This document shows, in pieces, positions 61,124-64,000 of a stretch of DNA of 64,000 nt. Position 1 is the first letter of the stretch. Each line of letters opens with the position of its first letter. Below the pieces are notes generated by a model. That model saw nothing but the letters and a program-made list of their open reading frames with translations. It searched no databases and was not told the origin of the DNA. Made by a program: the position numbers and the translations under genes. Origin of the DNA: a virus (lineage: Duplodnaviria > Heunggongvirae > Uroviricota > Caudoviricetes); IMG/VR virus record IMGVR_UViG_3300018475_000095; one strand, 5' to 3'.

Positions 61124-62758
61124 TTACACCTTCCCTATATAGTATTTTGCGAATTTGGCAGTTTTTGTTGTAGCATTATAATAGATTATATATGGGTTTA
61201 AAGACTTATTGCTTGACTCAATATAACAGTTATCACCATCTTCTATAAACGTATTCCATAAGCTAAATTGGCTGTTTAATATCGTTGCTGTTTTAGTATC
61301 ACTATTGTATAATAAAAGTCCTCGCCCATCCGTACCATATCTACCCGAAGAGCCAATTAAACAATCATTACCCACTAATTTAAAATTTCTCCAACCAGTT
61401 TCCCTACTATATATTTTACTTATTTCTTTTAATATACTATCATATAGTAAAAGCCCAGCATTAGCAGTTGTTGTAGCAATTAAACAATCATTACCTACAA
61501 TTTGAAAATATAGCCAAGCACCGCTAGTGTATTTTTGAGTTATAGTTTTAGTCAAACCATCATAGACTACCACACCAGTATTAGTTGTAGCACTACAAAG
61601 TAAAACATCATTACCGACAACTTGAACATATTGCCAATAAGAACCAATAGTATATTTTTGTTCAATTGTTTTAGTGGCTCCATCATATAATAATATTCCT
61701 GTAGAACTACAACTTATTACAACATCATTATTAACTGGAGTAAACAAATACCAATCATCACTGCTAGTATATTTTTGAATAAAGCTTTTATCTATTCCAT
61801 CGTATAACAAAATACCATTTCTAGACCTGCCACCAATTAAAACATCATCGCCAATCTTTTGAAAATAAGCCCAAGCACCGATATCGTATTTTTGTTCAAT
61901 TGTTTTAATTGAACCATCATAAAATAATATTCCTGTATCAGCCGTATCATTTCCAATCCAACAATTGCTACCATCTACATAAAAATGATTCCAATTTAGA
62001 AAGTTTGTATACTTTTGTTCTAAGGTCTTTGTTATTTTATTATAAAGTAAAATTCCAGTAGCATATAATCCACTAATTAAAACATCATCGCCTATTTCAG
62101 TAAACTTATCCCAGTGATATCCTGATGGATGTTTTAGTTCAATTGTTTTTGTAGCACTATCGTATAGCAAAAGCCCTACTCCATAACCACTATGATTAAG
62201 ACTATTGCTAATAAAGCAATCATTATCTATTATCTTAAAAGTGTCCCAATGATATCCTGATGCATAGTTTAGTTCTATTGTTTTGGTAGTGTTATTAAAT
62301 AATAATACTCCGACAGAAGACGAGATATTTCCTCCAATTAAACAATCGTTACCTACCATCTGGAAATATCGCCAACTAGAACCAATAGTATATTTTTGTT
62401 CAATCGTGTTAGTACTTACAGTATATACCCAAACGCCGATATCAGTTATATTACTGCTAATTAAAATCGTATCTTTATTTACAATAAAATAATATAAGGT
62501 TGTCATATTTGCAAACGCTTCAGGTAGATCAATAGTTATATCTCCAGTTGGTGTAGAAATAATAAGTTCACATTCATCGCCATCTATGATTTGGTCTATA
62601 TTATAATCACCAGTAACAATATTTACATCAACAGAAGATAAACCATTATAACCAGGGTCTGGAGTAACTGTTATATTATTTTCAGTAACAGTTTTTTCTT
62701 GTAAATTTTTTAACTCTAAAGCCGCTCCAACTTTATTATTATTAAAATATATTGGCAT
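61124..62758 (-). CDS. Beta-propeller-like protein with about ten 40-45 aa repeats
   Basis: Repeat consensus GILLYDGxTKTIEQKYTxGxxWxYFQxVGNDCLI. Confidence 0.8.
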   Translation of the reverse strand: MPIYFNNNKVGAALELKNLQEKTVTENNITVTPDPGYNGLSSVDVNIVTGDYNIDQIIDGDECELIISTPTGDITIDLPEAFANMTTLYYFIVNKDTILISSNITDIGVWVYTVSTNTIEQKYTIGSSWRYFQMVGNDCLIGGNISSSVGVLLFNNTTKTIELNYASGYHWDTFKIIDNDCFISNSLNHSGYGVGLLLYDSATKTIELKHPSGYHWDKFTEIGDDVLISGLYATGILLYNKITKTLEQKYTNFLNWNHFYVDGSNCWIGNDTADTGILFYDGSIKTIEQKYDIGAWAYFQKIGDDVLIGGRSRNGILLYDGIDKSFIQKYTSSDDWYLFTPVNNDVVISCSSTGILLYDGATKTIEQKYTIGSYWQYVQVVGNDVLLCSATTNTGVVVYDGLTKTITQKYTSGAWLYFQIVGNDCLIATTTANAGLLLYDSILKEISKIYSRETGWRNFKLVGNDCLIGSSGRYGTDGRGLLLYNSDTKTATILNSQFSLWNTFIEDGDNCYIESSNKSLNPYIIYYNATTKTAKFAKYYIGKV

Positions 62759-62763
62759 TTATC

Positions 62764-63081
62764 CTAATCCTCCACTATAACTGCTTTTGGTAATAATGCA
62801 TCTATTTCTGATTTAGTGTATGCATAGCTTATATCTTCCCAACTATTACCAGTGAACTTGTAAACATGCCCACTTAAATATATGCCATCATCATAACAAA
62901 TAAATATACTACCCACATCATATAAAGAAGCTTCAGTAGATGTTGCTAGTTCCATATCAGCACTACTTATTCCAAATGTAGCTAAGTCGGTTATGTAATA
63001 AGATTTATTTGTTTCTATTTCTGCTAGTTGTAAGAATTTTTCCTTTGTTCCTACCCAAGCTTGTTTATTTAATTGTTCCAT
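62764..63081 (-). CDS. Small fibre adaptor module (paralog family of four)
   Basis: ISSADMELATSTEASLY...CYDDGIYLSGHVYKFTGNSWEDIS, close to the N-terminus of 53065..54099. Confidence 0.6.
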   Translation of the reverse strand: MEQLNKQAWVGTKEKFLQLAEIETNKSYYITDLATFGISSADMELATSTEASLYDVGSIFICYDDGIYLSGHVYKFTGNSWEDISYAYTKSEIDALLPKAVIVED

Positions 63082-63172
63082 TATTTTACCTTTTTAATTA
63101 ATTTTATATATAACACTTTTATAAATATGCTGTAAAATGACTTTACATGTTATAGAGCTTATGATTGAAAAT

Positions 63173-64000
63173 TTAACTATAATTTATTTCACTTTTCTTA
63201 TAGATATGATTTGCAACAATATTCCATGGAGCGGTAGAAATCCATTCATCATATAAACTATCTGGTACAATAATTTTATAATTGGTTGATAGATATGTAT
63301 CACTAAAACTAGAACAGGTTGGAACCACTGTATTTTTAGAAAAGTCTATAATTTGAATTCTCTCTAAGTAATTAAAAGGAGTGCTACCGACATCAGTTAT
63401 ATCACCTTCAAATATAATTTTTGTTAAATTATAACAATTTCGGAATTGTGTACTAGCGTACAAACTAGTTACTGTAGCAGGAAAAACAAGAGTCTCATCT
63501 GGTGAAAAACTTATCGCTGGCACACTTGTAATACAACCCAAGTCAACTATATGAGTTCCTTCAGTGAGAGTTTGTAGTATAGAGTCTGTCCCATAGTTTT
63601 CTCTAGGCCAATTAAGCCTTGCAACAGAATTTCTTATAGATGCTAATCGCAAATAGTGACCAGTCGTATTACATTTATCAAATACTAATGTGGGGTATTT
63701 GATAATGCCCGATGGTGCGATATTAGCAGAAAGTGTAAAAACTGCCGTAGATGGAATAACTAGGTCATTAGCATTCGTTAAAATGTTTTGAAAAGACTCC
63801 AATCCAGCGGGATATATAACCGCTTTCGGAAATACATAATTAAAGTGACCAGTTATATGACTTTTTATCTTTGCTCCCAATGATAGTTCTGTTAAATTTG
63901 AACAATTATAGCGATGACCTATGTTCATTAAAGTTTCTGGCCCATTATCACTCGATGTAAAATACAATTTTCTTATAGCATGTGATGACAATATATATTC
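63173..64000 (-). CDS. LRR-type protein, C-terminal part (begins beyond right edge)
   Basis: VFPATVTSL...FRNCYNLTKIIFEG...VPTC...KIIVPDSLYDEWISTAPW cap typical of BspA-like proteins; frame open to the window end. Confidence 0.7.
   Translation of the reverse strand, partial: EYILSSHAIRKLYFTSSDNGPETLMNIGHRYNCSNLTELSLGAKIKSHITGHFNYVFPKAVIYPAGLESFQNILTNANDLVIPSTAVFTLSANIAPSGIIKYPTLVFDKCNTTGHYLRLASIRNSVARLNWPRENYGTDSILQTLTEGTHIVDLGCITSVPAISFSPDETLVFPATVTSLYASTQFRNCYNLTKIIFEGDITDVGSTPFNYLERIQIIDFSKNTVVPTCSSFSDTYLSTNYKIIVPDSLYDEWISTAPWNIVANHIYKKSEINYS

Noticed and set aside
469-62492. Plus-strand ORFs in the track (60-102 aa, e.g. 469..672, 7064..7372, 22418..22711, 36849..37103)
   Set aside because: All are antisense shadows of longer minus-strand genes with recognisable motifs; none shows family motifs of its own.
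61124-62758. Repeated DNA words (e.g. TATATTTTTGTTCAAT) as a possible CRISPR array or second TR/VR set
   Set aside because: They are codon-level echoes of protein repeats within an open frame, with variable spacing and mismatches not restricted to adenines.
1358-62766. TAG reassignment (code 15), common in gut phages
   Set aside because: TAG serves as the true stop of many genes (e.g. 1358, 2302, 6067, 9398, 15852, 62764), with the next gene starting immediately after.

Overview
A 64 kb segment of a large, very AT-rich, myovirus-like phage genome. Every credible gene is on the minus strand. Left to right it holds a replication module (family A DNA polymerase, SSB, primase, DnaB helicase, DnaC-like loader, SNF2 helicase; 1-8 kb), a contractile tail/baseplate and T4-like head block (8-37 kb), membrane/holin genes (39-42 kb) and about 22 kb of modular receptor-binding/adhesin genes (42-64 kb). 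Main observations: (1) A complete diversity-generating retroelement (target-VR, hairpin, avd, TR, RT) whose 107-bp TR/VR pair differs at 16 positions, all TR adenines. (2) Strong evidence that UGA is read as Trp. Thirteen in-frame TGA codons break or clip otherwise intact genes (DGR RT, terminase, SNF2 helicase, DedA protein and others), while all other genes end in TAA/TAG. The TGAs are strongly clustered and absent from the structural and fibre genes. (3) A tRNA-shaped element lacking its anticodon loop between capsid genes. (4) A class-3-type intein with a LAGLIDADG endonuclease in the terminase P-loop. (5) A probable +1/-2 frameshift in the tail assembly chaperone. No tools were run: family assignments come from motif recognition by eye and counts are by hand.
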